Assembly: GCA_013239625.1 (NCBI GenBank) | Contig: MU057069.1 | Location: forward strand, 1,484,018-1,548,017 | Source: Lama guanicoe | Taxonomy: Eukaryota | Length of the DNA: 64,000 nucleotides | Direction of reading: 5' to 3' | Shown: positions 1 to 12,762 of the stretch, one piece after another | Layout of the letters: each line of letters begins with the position of its first letter | Position numbering within the stretch: position 1 is the first letter of the stretch | Made by a program: the position numbers and the translations under genes | Notes under the pieces: model-generated | Told to the model about the DNA's origin: nothing | Seen by the model: only the letters and a program-made list of their open reading frames with translations | Databases searched by the model: none

Positions 1-106
1 GACGCAGGGCGCCGCCTTCTGAACCGGCCCCGGGGCAGTTTCACCGCTTCCGAGGGGTCGGGGCCGAGCCCCTCGACCCCTGCCCGGGCCTACGCGCCCC
101 CGGCAG
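1..106 (+). CDS. ATPAF2: ATPAF2 (mitochondrial F1 ATP synthase assembly factor 2, Atp12 family) coding exon 1, 5'-truncated by window edge; mitochondrial targeting peptide region
   Basis: Frame 1 reads DAGRRLLNRPRGSFTASEGSGPSPSTPARAYAPPA, matching the human N-terminus (DGGRRLLNRP...PARAYAPPT). Donor CAG|GTGAG at 107, phase 1. Confidence 0.93.
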
Positions 107-1134
107 GTGAGGGAGGCCAAGGCCGAACCGGGCGGAGGGGTCGGCCGTGCAGGGTGGCGGTGGCTGAGACAGGTCGCAGATCAGAAAGGAAGCCCCCGAA
201 AGGGCAGGGACCGCCGCAGGGCACAGTCAAGTGTCATTTGTCACGTGCGGTTTTCTTCAGCTCTGTAAGGAAGTTAGATGTCATCCTTGCTTTCGGGCAA
301 GGAAATTCGGGTTCTGGACCAGGATTGCGCCAAGGTCAAAGAGCAGACTTGGAGAGGTTTGTGAGGTTCGTGCCCCTTCCTCCACTTCTGACTCTGATGA
401 GGCATAGAAGAAGGTAGTGGCTTTTTCATGAAAGCCTCATCAGAGACGACAGTGGGAGTGACTCCCTGAGTGAAGAGTAGTAACACTCGCCTTCCATTCA
501 ATTGGTATATCCGCTGAGGGCAGGAGGCACCGTGATCTTGGAGACACACATGGCTTCCACCCAGGTGATGTCCACTGTCCAGTGAAGAAGCTTATACTAT
601 CCGATTAAACAATAACCTATAATATCCTGTGATCACAGGTGTACAGAGGAGCGCTTACTCCCATCTTGGGGGTGTTGAGCGTCTAGAAAAGTCTTGGGTG
701 ACAGGATGTTTGGGCTGAGTCTTGACAGATGAGTCACAGTTCAGAGTAGAGGAGGAGGAAGAGTGTTGGCAGCTGGAACACACTGAGGTGATAGCAGGTA
801 TGAGGGACCTTGCTGTGACACTGCCTGCGTTAGGAAATCTGGAACTTCACAGGTGGTTTGGCGCTGGGGCAGAAGCACAAACCTGGGGTCTGATGCTGGC
901 CAAACAGGCACTGTGTGATCTTGGCACGTGACTGCTTCCTTCGGCCCTGATTTTCCTCTGTGTTGAAGGACTAGGCTGCCTTTGAGGCAAGTTCCATGAT
1001 TTTATGCAAATGGAGAAGGGGGCTGGATGCAGCAGGGGAGGTTTCCCATACCAGGGCCAGGCAGAGGGCCTGGAGGTCCACGAGGAGCCAGGAAGGAGGA
1101 TGAAAGAGGGGCACCTGTGAGGCTGTGACTCATA

Positions 1135-1860
1135 GTAGGAGGTGTACGTATTTTCTGGTTCCAGGCACACATCTCCTAAAACCCTTGTCATTTACGAAGA
1201 GGTAAAGTCACGGGAGAACCTTTTGTTAAAATATTTGGTCTTTGTCCTGAAATAGCTCCAGAATGAAAGATGAAAGATGCCTCTTATTACTCATAACAGC
1301 CCATTTCAGCCACACCTGAGTTTGTGTTAATGAGATGACTTTTGCCAGGGGAATCAACCACAGGGGTTGGAACTTTCAGCCCAAGCCCCTGACCTCTGGG
1401 GAGGGTAGACGGGCTGGAGATTGACTTGATCACTAATTACCTATGATTTAATTGATTGTTTCTGTGTAATGAGGCCTCCATAAAATCCCTGAACTACAGA
1501 GTTGGGAGAACGTCTAGGTTGGTGAGCACATGGAGCTGCGGGGAGGGTGGTGTGCCCGGAGAGAGCATGGAAACTCTCTTTCCTCCCTGCCTTGCCCCAC
1601 GTGTCTCTTCCATCTGGCTGTTCCTGAGTTGTATCCTTTTATGATAAGCTGGTAGTCTGGTAAGTAAACTGTTATTCCTGAGTTCTGTGAACTGCTGTAG
1701 CAAATTAATCCTGTAGGAAATTAGGCTTGTCGGACTGAGCCCTTAACCTGTGGGATTCAACACTGTCTCCAGGCGGACAGCGTCAGAATTGAGTTGATTG
1801 TAGGACACCCAGCTGGTGGAGTTGATGGGTGGGGAACCCCCCCACATTTGGAGTGTAGTG
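1135..1860 (+). mobile_element. LTR of endogenous retrovirus, MER21-like
   Basis: Recognised segments such as ctcctaaaacccttg, gttcctgagttgtatcctttta, gactgagcccttaacctgtggga and gtcagaattgagttg...aggacacccagctggtg. Boundaries are approximate. Confidence 0.6.
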
Positions 1861-2544
1861 TCTGTGTGATGGATTGAGTGTTGTTTGTCCTTTATGATGC
1901 CCCGGGGAGGCACATATGAGTGAAGGGGACACAGTCAGGAATTCCCTTAAGTTGGCACAAGCAGAAGGTTCGTTTAGGTTGGTGGATGCCACTCCCCACT
2001 GTGGTGGCTCTGATCTGCCCCGTTCCTTTCTACTGCAGACATTTTAGCTTAGGCCGGTGGTAGCCACATATGGAGGGAAGTGAGGATGGGCAGAAGAGTG
2101 GAGAGCCATGGGCGCGTGGTGCACCCCGGCCTTGAGTCTCTGCGAAGACTTTTATGGTCTGAGCGGCTGTGAGTTTTGGAGGAGGGGGAGGTTAAACCCA
2201 AGTGTGCCTTCTCCATGAAGACTTAGAGAGTCAAGCAGGTTGAACTTGGCTCCTTAGGAGTGGCTATGACATTGAAGGTTGTCAGAGGTGAGGAGGAGGT
2301 TAGAAGAGAGTCACCAGGTGTGGAGATGGTGCCAGGTGGCCAGGATGGCAGTCCAGCTCTGTACCCACTCTCAGAGCCGTCAGCTGTGTAGAGGGGAAGG
2401 TTCTAGAGGCTGCCTGTCCGGTGAGGACAGCACCCAGTGAGGCCCAGGCTGGTAGCCTCCTCTGTTTGCAAGTGTCTGTCGCCTGGACAGGTCATGTAGC
2501 TTCTCGTCTCTGCCCGTCTTCAGGCAGCGCTTATGCTAGGGCAA

Positions 2545-2755
2545 GGGAGATGCTGCAGGTGAGGAGCCCAGCCTGCCATCTGCCTTTGTGAATAGTTTTT
2601 GGAACACAGCTCTGCTTGGTCATTGACACACGTCCAGGGCTGCTGTCACCACGGCACAGAGCTGGCTGGTGGCAGCAGGGACCAACCAGATGGCCTGCAA
2701 AGCCTAAAATAAAATACTTGGTCTGGCTCTCCGCAGAGCGTCCCGACCCCTGCTC
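2545..2755. mobile_element. hAT-Charlie MITE, MER58-like
   Basis: Motifs gtttttggaacacagc...atggcctgcaaagcctaaaata...ctggctct...gacccctg recalled from MER58. Confidence 0.5.
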
Positions 2756-2844
2756 GGGGTGCTCGAGCAGTTCAGAAGGAGGTGTGTCTGGTCGTTTAGC
2801 CCGCCTGTGTTCTTTGCCGCAGCAGACACATTTGGCCTGGAGAA

Positions 2845-3700
2845 TTTTTTAGCAGCTTTGTTGAGTTATGGTTTACTTACAATTCACTCTTTGAAGCATA
2901 CAGTTCAGTGGTGTTTAGTATACTTGCAGGGTTGTGCAGCCGTCAGTTCTAGAAGACTTTGGTCACCCCACAGGAATCCCCGTGCCCTTTAACTGTCACC
3001 CTCCGAGTACCCCCCAGCCTCCCCAGCCCTAGACAACCACTACTTTGTTTTCTGTCTCTGTAGATTTCCCTAGTTTGGACATTTCCTATAAATAGAATGT
3101 GGTCTTGGGGCTGACTTTCTTTCACCTAGCTTTTCAGGCTTTACCCCAGTGGTGGCATATATTGCTGCTCCGTTCTTTTTCATAGGTGACTAATACTCCA
3201 TTGTGTGGATGCACCACATTTCACTTACCCATTCATCCATCAATGAACCTTTGGGTGGTCTTCATGTTTCGGCCATTCTGAATGCTGCCGTAAACACTTG
3301 AGGACAGGTTTTTACGTGGGTGTATTTTTTCATTTCTCACAGATCGCACGAAAGAGTAGAATGCTAGATCACACGGTTACTGGCTCTCTGAGGGACTGCC
3401 ACACTGCTTTCCAGGGTGGCTGCACCATCTCACACTTCCCCCAGCAAGGCACAAAGGTCCTGATTTCCCCGGATGTGTCTTTGTGATGACAGCCATCCTA
3501 CTGCATGTGTGGTGGTGTCTCCTGGTTTTGGTGTGCATTTCCGTGATGACGAATGGTGTCCAGCATTTTCTCATGTGCTGTTTGGACATTTGTGCATTTT
3601 CTCTGGAGCAGTGTCTGTTCGGATCCTTTGACCGCTTCTCCGATAGGCTGTCTTTTTATTCCTGAGTTGCAAGAGTTCTTGGTGTAGTCGGTCGGAGGAG
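2845..3700 (-). mobile_element. Ancient L1 (L1M-type) 3' end fragment
   Basis: Typical antisense L1 3' text (tacaattcact...tacagttcagtgg; taatactccattgtgtggat; cattttctcatgtgc...ttggacatttgt). Boundaries are approximate. Confidence 0.65.
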
Positions 3701-6670
3701 TTTTTATCCTTGGAAACGGTTGGTCTGAGCCGCCCCAGGTTTGTGCGGAGGGATGCCCTGAGTCGGGATGTAGCTTGCAGGCCGGAGGCCCGCCAGGTGG
3801 CGCTGTTGAAAAGGAGAAGGCGCTTCCTCTGCCCGGTGCGCTCTAGGGGTTGCAGCTCTGGGGTTCTCAGTCCTTGCAAAGCAGAGGCCAGCCCGAAAAC
3901 TGAGGCTGGTGGAAGGGTCCCTCACTGGTCCGGGAGGCCTGGGGCAGGAGGAGGAGTGGGGGAGTGAGAGAAAACTGTCGGTTTCTGTGTATGGATTGAG
4001 GCAACCTCGCAGGAAAAAGGACCCAGTGGACCCAGAGGACACTTCAGTCCTCTTCACTAGAGCAGGTTTTCGATGTTCTCTGCTTTCACAGCCTGTTTTC
4101 TTCTGGCCAGCTTTTAAAATTCAGTGCTTTTTCACGAACCCATTTCTCTGTATCCACAGAGTCCTTAAAACTGTCACTTAGAAAGCAGCAAGTGTGTTTT
4201 TGCCACGGAAACAGATGTTCTGTCAAGGGGGTGCTTGAGCTCAGAGCAGACTCGAGTTCTGGGGGACTGCTCCGCGCTCACGAGGGTCCTGGTGGTCTCG
4301 TGACGTGTCTTCTGTGACCCAGGACCTTTGAGGGTCCAGGCAAAACCCGTCTGTCCTGATATTTTTGGAAACACTGAATGAACTTTCCAGGTCCTGTTCT
4401 GGTTGCCTTCGTGAGCCCCTGGCCCGGCTCCCTCTGCCCCTTGCTGGGGCCCCTGGGCCGCTCTGATATCCTCTGCGGGAGCTGCCTTTCCAGCTCTCTG
4501 GAACCCTGCTGCCCTGAGGCCGGCAGCCCCCTGTAAGCGGTTCCTTCTGCTGGAAGGGGCACACGCTCCCTTCTGAAGCCGCAGGTACAGTTCAGCCCCT
4601 CCTGCAGGGTTCAGGTGACCCGGTGCCTGGAGGCCTTCCTTTGGCCCAGGCGAGAGGGGGCTGCCCTGGGGCGTGTCTAAAGCAGTCCTTGCACTTTGGC
4701 CATCCTGGTCACTTTATCGTGTGCTGGTCTGTCGTCCCCCCAGGCAGCAGGTGTCTCGAGGGCAGGGGCAGCTTTGAGGAGATCAGCACCATCAGGTTTG
4801 TGCCAGGACAGAAGAGCGCCATCGAACAGCAGAGCCTAAAAACCACCTGCACGCGGGCCTGCTTGGCCGCCCTTCTGTCCTCAGGTGCGGAGGTGGGCCT
4901 GGCCGGGCGGCGGCGCAGGGCCGAGGGCAGGGAGGCTTCTCTGGGGGGAACCGCGCCGCCCTGGCGGCTTTGGGAGGTCCTGCCTGTGCTGCCCAAGGCC
5001 CCACCTCCCAGGGCCGTGTCGCGCCGGGTGCTGGAAGGCTCTCCGCTGGCACTGCTGCCTCAGGGGCGGCTCCTTCCCACGGTGTGAGTCAGAGCTTCAG
5101 ATCCCCTCCCACTTCCTGCCTTTCTGGCTCTGGAGGTAACTGCACAGGCTGGCCGCCTCCATCCAGGCCTCCAGACAGACAGGGGCCTCCAGCCGCGTGT
5201 CTTACCTGCCACCTGCGTGGACCGCGATGGCATGCTGAGGTGGGACACTTAAGGGCAGCAGGGCCGGGTAAGCCTCCTATTTTGGTGTCGGATGTTTGAG
5301 AAAATCACCATTATGGTCTCACACAGAGGTGGTAAATTCTGCTGTGGTTGTAACTGCGTCGTCTCAGTGGTCAGATCAGATCCCCTTTAAAAATAAATTT
5401 TGGCTCCACGAAGATGGGGATTTTTGTCTGCTTTGTTCACTGTTTTACCCCAAGTACCTGGGCCAGCACTTGCCACATAGTAGGCACATGAGTTTTTTTG
5501 TGGGAAAATAGTTTGAGCCTTAGTTTAGTACGTGCAATCGTGGAGATGTAATTGTGGCCTCTTTGTGCGAGTGTTAATGATAGCAGATGAGGCACATGAA
5601 GAACCTGAGGTTGGAAAACACAAGAATACATGTTTGGAGTAAGACCAGATACCCTGTCTCCATGACACCACTGTCCCTGCCCCCCCCACGCAAACCCAAG
5701 TTCCCCTGATTTTCGTAGTCTAGTTGAATTAATAAACTTTTAAGTTTGATCTTTTGTATGTGTGTTAAAAGAAACCAAAAAGCATTAAAAACCATTAAAA
5801 ACTCTTCCTTCGTCGTGTGCTGCGTCGTTACTTCCAATAAGTGACTTTCGTCAGGGATGCTGAAGGTGTTTAGTGCCCAGTGAATACGGGCAGGGACAGG
5901 CGAAGGCAGAAAGGAGGTTCGCGTTTCTCTCGGGTGGTGGAGGCTGGTTTAGGCTTTGTAGCTTCCTGGATGTGCCCAATTGGAGGAATCTGCACACTTC
6001 CGTATGAGGCACGCTTGGTTTTTAATCCCTCCAGGTAAGAGGGGGAGTGTGGTTAGTGCTCACGTGTGATTGTACTTGTTGTTTTCAGAAGAAAACACAG
6101 GACCCCAGTTTCTCCCTTTTTGAAAGGAAACGTTTGAAGTGTCTGTTGATACGCAGGTGAGCTGGTTAGTCAGGGTAATTAACTGGATGGGGGGGTGGGA
6201 GATGCTCTTGGGATCTCTCCTTACTGCGTGTGCACCATCCACGTGGACACACATGGACACACGCACGCACACGCTAGCTTTCCACACGAGCCTTTGAGCT
6301 GCCGGATTCCTGCCCGGGGTGGGTCTCTGGTGCTGTCCCACTCAGACGCTAGACTGGAGCACGCAGCGGGTAGCGGGGGACGTGCTGAGAAGTTGAGGCA
6401 GGAAGTGTCAGGTGGTCAGTCTGCAGCTTCGTGATGCTGTGTGGTCCCTGTTGCTGGGCTTGGGGGCCGGCGGGACCTGTTGCTCTGTCGTCCCTGGACA
6501 GTGAATGGTTCCTCCCCTTTAGTCAGAAGCCGTGGAGTGGGGCGGACCTTGAACGGCGATGTGGAAATCCGTCAGTCAGCATTAGCAGCAGTGATCCAGG
6601 CTGCTCTCGTCACTTCCTGGGCTGTTGCCGCAGTATTGTAAACTGGCTTTTTGAAAAATCTTTCCAACAG

Positions 6671-6715
6671 AGAGGAAGAGGTTTTATCAGAACGTCAGCA
6701 TCGCACAGGGTGAAG
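6671..6715 (+). CDS. ATPAF2: ATPAF2 coding exon 2
   Basis: Acceptor tttccaacag|; encodes (E)RKRFYQNVSIAQGE; donor AAG|GTGAGT; 45 nt, phase 1/1. Confidence 0.96.
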
Positions 6716-6956
6716 GTGAGTGTCTGAAATTCTGACCATTTCTCTTTCTGTGTTCTTCTGTGAACGGGTGGGAACATTTCTGGTCTCCGCCGGTTCCTCG
6801 GTGAGCTTCCCCTTCGCACATCTGCCGGCTGTGGTTCTGGAAGCCCAAGGTGAAGGGACTCGGCGCCTTGTCTGTACCGGTTCAAGTAATTAAGTATAGC
6901 AATGGTCACTCGATTCCACTAACAACCCCTGACAGGTTTTCGTCTGATCTTTCAAG

Positions 6957-7102
6957 GTGGCTTTGAGATCAACCTAGACCACAGGAAGCTGCGAACTCCC
7001 GGAGCCAAGATCTTCACTGTCCCCAGCGAGGCCCTCGCCGTGGCAGTGGCCACCGAGTGGGACTCCCAGCAGGACACCATCAGGCCCTACACCATGCACC
7101 TG
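6957..7102 (+). CDS. ATPAF2: ATPAF2 coding exon 3
   Basis: Encodes (G)GFEINLDHRKLRTPGAKIFTVPSEALAVAVATEWDSQQDTIRPYTMHL, including the conserved Trp equivalent to human W94. Acceptor tttcaag|, donor CTG|GTAAC; 146 nt. Confidence 0.96.
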
Positions 7103-8133
7103 GTAACAAAGCCAGCACCCTGCAGAAACCGAGGCCCCTTTCCCAACTCGGATCCGGCCCCCAGGTTGGGGTTCCAGGCACACCGCCCTCTGGCCTGACT
7201 CCTCCCAGGCCCCGGACATGTCTCCCGCTGCCCCACTCTCCTCCTGTGTCCCAGCAGCTCTCACGCGCTCTGTGGTTGTGGTTGTGTTACTGCGGTGGCT
7301 GTCTGCCCTCTCCCAGCCCAGAGCCCGCCCCTGGCCTGGGGTTCGGCGCAGATCTGTGGCCATGGGGGCCGCTCGCCATGGAGCCAGCCCCTGGTCCACA
7401 CGCAGGCAGCTCACTGAGCGAGGTGCTCCAAGAGCGGGCAGGGAAGGGGTCACTAAACTGGGGCCCCGGCTCTGCAGCTTCCAAGTGGTAACCTTGGGGA
7501 AGTTGCTGCCCCTTCTCAGCCAGGGCTCCCCACCGTGAAAGGTGGGCAGTGGTCCCCACACAGGCCGGCTCTCCATCAGCTCGGCCGGGACACGCAGACT
7601 AGGCGGGCTTCCTCAGCCCCTCCCCGGCCCGCGCGGCCTCTCCCCAGCCTCTGATGACGTGCGGTCTTTGTCAGAGGAGCTGCAGACAGCAAGGCACAGC
7701 TGGGGAACCAGTCTGGCCCCTGGAGTGGCTGGTTCATCCCCCTGCTCCCTGAGGGATCGGGGAGTCGGCTGCTCAGATGTAAGTTCCAGTGGTGTCTCCA
7801 CGCTCATTTTCTGAACTTGACCTCTGTGAGCCTGGGTTCTACATTCTGAATGTTACGATAACAGTACCTCCTGGAAAGGGTTGTTGCAAGGCTGGAGTTA
7901 AATGTGCAGAGCCTGGTGGTGGAGGGCCTGAGACCTCGGGGGTCTCACTGATCCTGGGGCTGGCGAGTCGGTGCCAGGAGGCCCTGTAGCCCTGAGTCTG
8001 GCACGGAGCCTGGTGCAGGGGGACCGAGCGGTTCCTGCCGCTGGGCCCTGGCTGTGCTGTGCAGCGAGCGTCCTCGGGATGCAGTGCTTCTGCCTGACCA
8101 GTGGTGCTGACTGGCCCTCTGCCTCTGATGTAG

Positions 8134-8231
8134 ACCACGCTGTGCAACACGGCTCTGGACAACCCAACCCAGCGAGACAAGGACCAGCTGATTCGGGCGG
8201 CTGTCAAGTTCCTGGACACGGACACCATCTG
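8134..8231 (+). CDS. ATPAF2: ATPAF2 coding exon 4
   Basis: Encodes TTLCNTALDNPTQRDKDQLIRAAVKFLDTDTI(C); acceptor tgtag|, donor TG|GTAAT; 98 nt. Confidence 0.96.
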
Positions 8232-9443
8232 GTAATGGCCATACGGGCGCCTCCCTGGGGCCTGAGTGAGTCCGTTGGGCTGTCTGCTCCCTCTGTCCAA
8301 GCGTTCTCTCCTCCGCACCTAGCTGCTCTGCAGATCCTGGAAGGGAGGGCTCACGGGCAGCACTGGTGCCAGGGTCCCAGGCCTCCTCTTCCACAGCACG
8401 GCCCCTGACAGGTCCAGGCTCCGGGGTCATGTGCCTTGCCCAGTGGGGCCTCTGACCCTGGACTCCTGTCCCCGCACGTTGTCACACAGACGTCCTGGTC
8501 ACCACTTGTCAGCTGGATGCAGGTGGTCCCCTGCTATATTCAGGAGCTGGCCTGCTCCACTTAGGGAGCCCCGCCTCGCACCTGTGTTCTTTAGCTGCTG
8601 GGTCAGTGACGTGGCTGAGCAGTTCCATGTCTGCTGCCCGAATGCTCTAAGTCCTCTCACAGGTGCCCTGACAGCAGCACTGGGGCCAAGGGGGCACAGA
8701 TGCTCCTGGCAAGTCTGTCCCGTTTGTGTCAGGGACCACTTGGTTGCCGGGCACAGCCTGTTCAGCCCAGCTCAGGGAAAGGGGGGGTTCTCTTGGAAGC
8801 TGTCCTGGATCTCTGACAGTGGTTAAATTTGAGCGTCTCCCTCTGCCCTGGGGGCCCTCATCCCTGGGCAGCCCGACCCCCAGCACAGTCGTGACCCCTC
8901 ATCCCACTTCTGCTCGCACCAGATGGGCCTTCCCAGTGCCCACTGGGTCCGCATCCCAGGAAGCCTTGCAGCCCAGCTCCCCGTGGCTGACCCCGTCTCA
9001 TCTCCTGGTCAGAACGATGGCTCAGCCTGCCTCGGGGCGTCAGGCACCCGCATCTGTGGTGGGGAGGCAGGTGGGCTCAGGAGGTGCAGGCAGGCAAGGT
9101 GGTTCGTGGCCGGGCGCGACCTCTTGCGGGGCGGCCCCAGGGCCATGCCGGCGTTGGGCCTGGTGCCGCATCCTGGCCTGTGCACAGCTGGACAGTGCGT
9201 CTCAAACTCAGGCTCCAAAGCCCCAGGCAGAACTGGTCTCCACCCAGAGGGCAGGTTCCATAAGTCCTGCTGGGCTGAAGGTGGGCCTCCCCACAGGCCC
9301 CAGGCCCCCAGGCCAGACCTGAAGACCCACTGCTTGGTGGGGTGGGGTGCAGCGGCTCTGCACTGCTGCCTCCGCGGGCTTCCCGACTGTCCCTGGGAAG
9401 GGATTGTGCTTCTGTGTGAATGAAGGTGACTTTGCTGCATCAG

Positions 9444-9524
9444 CTACAGGGTGGAGGAGCCGGAGGCGCTGGCGGAGCTGCAGAGGCGCGAGTGGGACCC
9501 GGTGGCAGAGTGGGCCGAGAGGAG
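9444..9524 (+). CDS. ATPAF2: ATPAF2 coding exon 5
   Basis: Encodes (C)YRVEEPEALAELQRREWDPVAEWAER(R); acceptor catcag|, donor AG|GTAGG; 81 nt. Confidence 0.96.
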
Positions 9525-10534
9525 GTAGGACAGCGGGGCGGGCACCCCAGCCTGGTTCAGTCCGTGTCATTCCAGGGGGTCGGGAAGGGCTCCCAGCATG
9601 TGCCGCCTTGACCAGGGCCCTCCGTCAGCGTAGGTGGACTGGTTTTCCCCTGTACACACCTCCTGAGCGTCCACGACGTGTCGGTGTCCTCGGGCTTGTA
9701 GTGACGGGCAAGCCCTGCACTGCAGGGTCGGATAAAACCCAAGGACTGGAGGCTGCGACGTCCCCTCGGAGTCCGGTGCGATAAATCGGTAGTTCAGCTG
9801 CCTGGAGGTCTTTGCTGTGGTGCAGAATCGTCAGCTTGGTGGCAGCTGAGATTTCTCGTCTTCATGTTTTACAGAAAGATGGGGCCACTTCCAGCGTTCC
9901 GTTTGATCTATTAGAAATTTCAGGGAGAATACTCTAAACCGATGGGAACAACCAGTGATATATGAAAGGAAATTACAAAACCTGCTCTTATTCCATTATG
10001 TTTTTCCTGCATTTATGCAGTTATGATGGTTCTTAAAAATGTATCGCTCTCAAAGCCGGCTCCCGTCCCGGACCAGACAGCGCCTCGTGTGCGGTAGAGC
10101 CTTGGTAACACGTGACAGTGACTAATAGGCACGGGACAGTGCAGACAGTCTTGTAAAGAAAACAGTATCTTAAAGAAACCTTTCATGGCTCAAACGTGGA
10201 ACACTTTCTTAAAAGGTTTAAAAAGCAGGTAGCCCTCGGTGTTGCTGAACATTCAGGCAAATAGGTTGGAGTCTCAGGCAGCAGTTACAGGTGACCCTGT
10301 TCCTGACTTGCCAGCCTGCCTTCATCCAGGCCTTTCTTGTCTGGCTTTGCTCTCCGGGGAAAGGAAACTACGAGGTCGGGAGGCCACTGACTACACGGGC
10401 AGTTCCCAGAATCCCCGAGACTGGCCCCTGGGCCACGTGCCCTGCAGGGCACACGTGTGCTCAGCGGGTTGGGGCTTTGCCTCCGGGCAAAAGCTGCTGC
10501 CCAGCAGGACTGCACTCATGGCCTCTTCTCTCAG

Positions 10535-10647
10535 GTACAGCGTGGAGATTGGCTCCTCTACCAGCATCCTGGGGCCCAGCATCCCAGCCCGGACTCGGGA
10601 GGTGCTGGCCAGCCACCTGGCCTCTTACAGCATGTGGGCCCTGCAGG
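10535..10647 (+). CDS. ATPAF2: ATPAF2 coding exon 6
   Basis: Encodes (R)YSVEIGSSTSILGPSIPARTREVLASHLASYSMWALQ(G); acceptor tctctcag|, donor AGG|GTATG; 113 nt. Confidence 0.96.
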
Positions 10648-11020
10648 GTATGTGGTGCTGCCTGTGGGCCGGGGAGGGCGTGCAGACGGGCAAGGCTGTG
10701 CGGGACCCGGGGGCGGGCAGGGGCTTGTAATGCCAGCCTCTCACCCAGTTTGCGGGCTCCGCGGGCTCACTCCCTCCCGGGAGGACGTGGTGCTCTGCTG
10801 GGCCGGGATGGTGGCCGGCAGGGCGCCCACTCCAGGCAGGGGCGGAGGAGGGACCCCCACGGGGAAGCGGCTCTCTCGCTGGGAACGTGGGGAAGGACTT
10901 CTCCCTGGCCCAGGGCCCCGCACTGCACTGGGGCTCAGGGGCTCGCAGGGACGGGCCTGGCACCCGCCCTGTGTCCGCGTGGGGGGTGCTCTGGGTCTGA
11001 CTCGGCTTGTGTCCCTGCAG

Positions 11021-11136
11021 GGATTGAGTTTGTAGTGACCCAGCTCAAGTCCATAGTGCTGACCTTGGGCCTGCTCGACCGGCACCTGACAGTGGAGCAG
11101 GCCGTGCTGCTGTCGCGCCTGGAGGAGGAGTACCAG
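11021..11136 (+). CDS. ATPAF2: ATPAF2 coding exon 7
   Basis: Encodes (G)IEFVVTQLKSIVLTLGLLDRHLTVEQAVLLSRLEEEYQ, including the conserved Glu equivalent to human E240. Acceptor ccctgcag|, donor CAG|GTGCG; 116 nt. Confidence 0.96.
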
Positions 11137-12525
11137 GTGCGGGTCGGGCTCCGGGGCCGCCTCTCCCTCCCGCTCAGACTGACGGAAGTGCTTCTGAGAG
11201 CCCCGGGCCTGTGTGGCTTTCATGTTCGTTTGGAAACCAAAGTCAGAGGGCCCAGAGAGGTAGCGTCGAGTAACACTCGTGACGCCCCACTGTGTCCGCC
11301 CTCCCTCATGGCCGCGCCTCCTCTCTCCACCTGGTCAGTGTGGCTGCGGCTTCCCCATCTCACACAGGAGGACACCCAGGCTGGCTGCACCCCCAGAAGG
11401 TGCTGGAGGCGAGGTGTGGCGGTACCAGGTGGTTTGGGTACAACTGCAGGGTGGGGTTGGGGGAGGCTAAAATGGCCCAGAGCCACGTCTGCGCTCTCAG
11501 GCTCAGCCTTCACCCCCGCCGTGCACGCAGCGCGGGTCGCTGGCTGGAGGATCGCATGGCGGCTGCTGTGTGTAGTCAAGTTCTGATTTCCTGGGCTCAG
11601 AATTAATCAGGTTTCGCTACCCTGGCATGTGCGTTTTCACTCAGCGCTGCAGTGTTTGGTGCAGCCCCCTTTTGGTCCTCCTCCAACATGTGACACACTG
11701 TCTCCTGCTCTGATAAAAGCCTTTCTGTAAGGACAGGGTTTTCCTAGTTCGTGTAGTCATCTGTTTGGAACAATGTCAGGGCAGAAACTGCTTCTCTCTG
11801 GACAGCAGAAGTGGTTGTGTGGGAGGAGGGTGACCTGTGGGGGGCGAGGGGCAGGCGGCCTGGTTCTCCTCTGGGCTCCTCTCTGGGCTGCGGGACCCAA
11901 GGCCAGCCTTCATTCTCTGAACCTCAGCGTCCATCCGCGTGAGCAGGTCTCTGAGAGGGTAAAGTGCTCTTCAGATGACACAGCACAGCTGTCCAGATGT
12001 CCTGGGCCACCCAGAAATGCAGGCAGCTTGTATGGCATGGATCCGCCTTCCCGGGAGGGCCCTGGCCAGGGAGGAGCCCGCGGGATGGGCTGGAGTCACA
12101 CTAACAGCCACACTGATGTCCAGGGTCCTCCATCTGGTTCTGGAAGGAGAGTCTGCAGCCCTGCCTGCCATGCAGACCGAGGGGCCCCTGCAGCGCCGGG
12201 CTCCCCAGCAGTCAGCTGACGTGGCCACGTGGCCCTGGTTGGTTGCTATGTCCCCATACCTGGGGGACACGTGCAGCCCAGCCTGGCCAGGCAGCTCGTG
12301 GAGGACGACGTTCTACAGGCCGCCTTGCGCCCCCTCCTCGTGGGCACGTCAGGCCTGGGGAGGGAGGTGTACATGCGGTCCGGGTGCTGCTCTGCCCACT
12401 GGCGAGTGGTCACCTGCTGCTGCCCCGCGTGTCCCTGCATTTGGGCGTGGTCGGAGCCTGCTCCCCTCGGCCCTGCTCTGGGGGTGGGGCATGGCTCCAC
12501 CGTCACTGTCTTGTCCTCCCCTCAG

Positions 12526-12669
12526 ATCCAGAGGTGGGGCAGCATCGAGTGGGCACACGACTACGAGCGGCAGGAGCTGCGGGCCCGCACAGCCGCCGGC
12601 ACCCTCTTTGTCCACCTCTGCTCCGAGAGCACGACGGTCAAGCACAAGCTCCTGCAGGCCGGCGGCTGA
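12526..12669 (+). CDS. ATPAF2: ATPAF2 coding exon 8 (terminal, includes TGA)
   Basis: Encodes IQRWGSIEWAHDYERQELRARTAAGTLFVHLCSESTTVKHKLLQAGG*; acceptor cccctcag|. All exon phases are mutually consistent. Confidence 0.96.
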   Translation: MQRWGSIEWAHDYERQELRARTAAGTLFVHLCSESTTVKHKLLQAGG

Positions 12670-12762
12670 CCCTGTGGTCCCCGCACCGCGCCACCCCGAC
12701 ACCCTGCGGCCGGGAGCAGCTCGGGCCGAGCCCGGCACGCGTGTATGAAGGACTCTGATTTT

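Noticed and set aside
10291-11586. 431-aa + strand ORF, the longest in the track
   Set aside because: Only the GIEFVV...EEEYQ part is real (ATPAF2 exon 7); the rest is GC-rich intron read-through with no recognisable homology.
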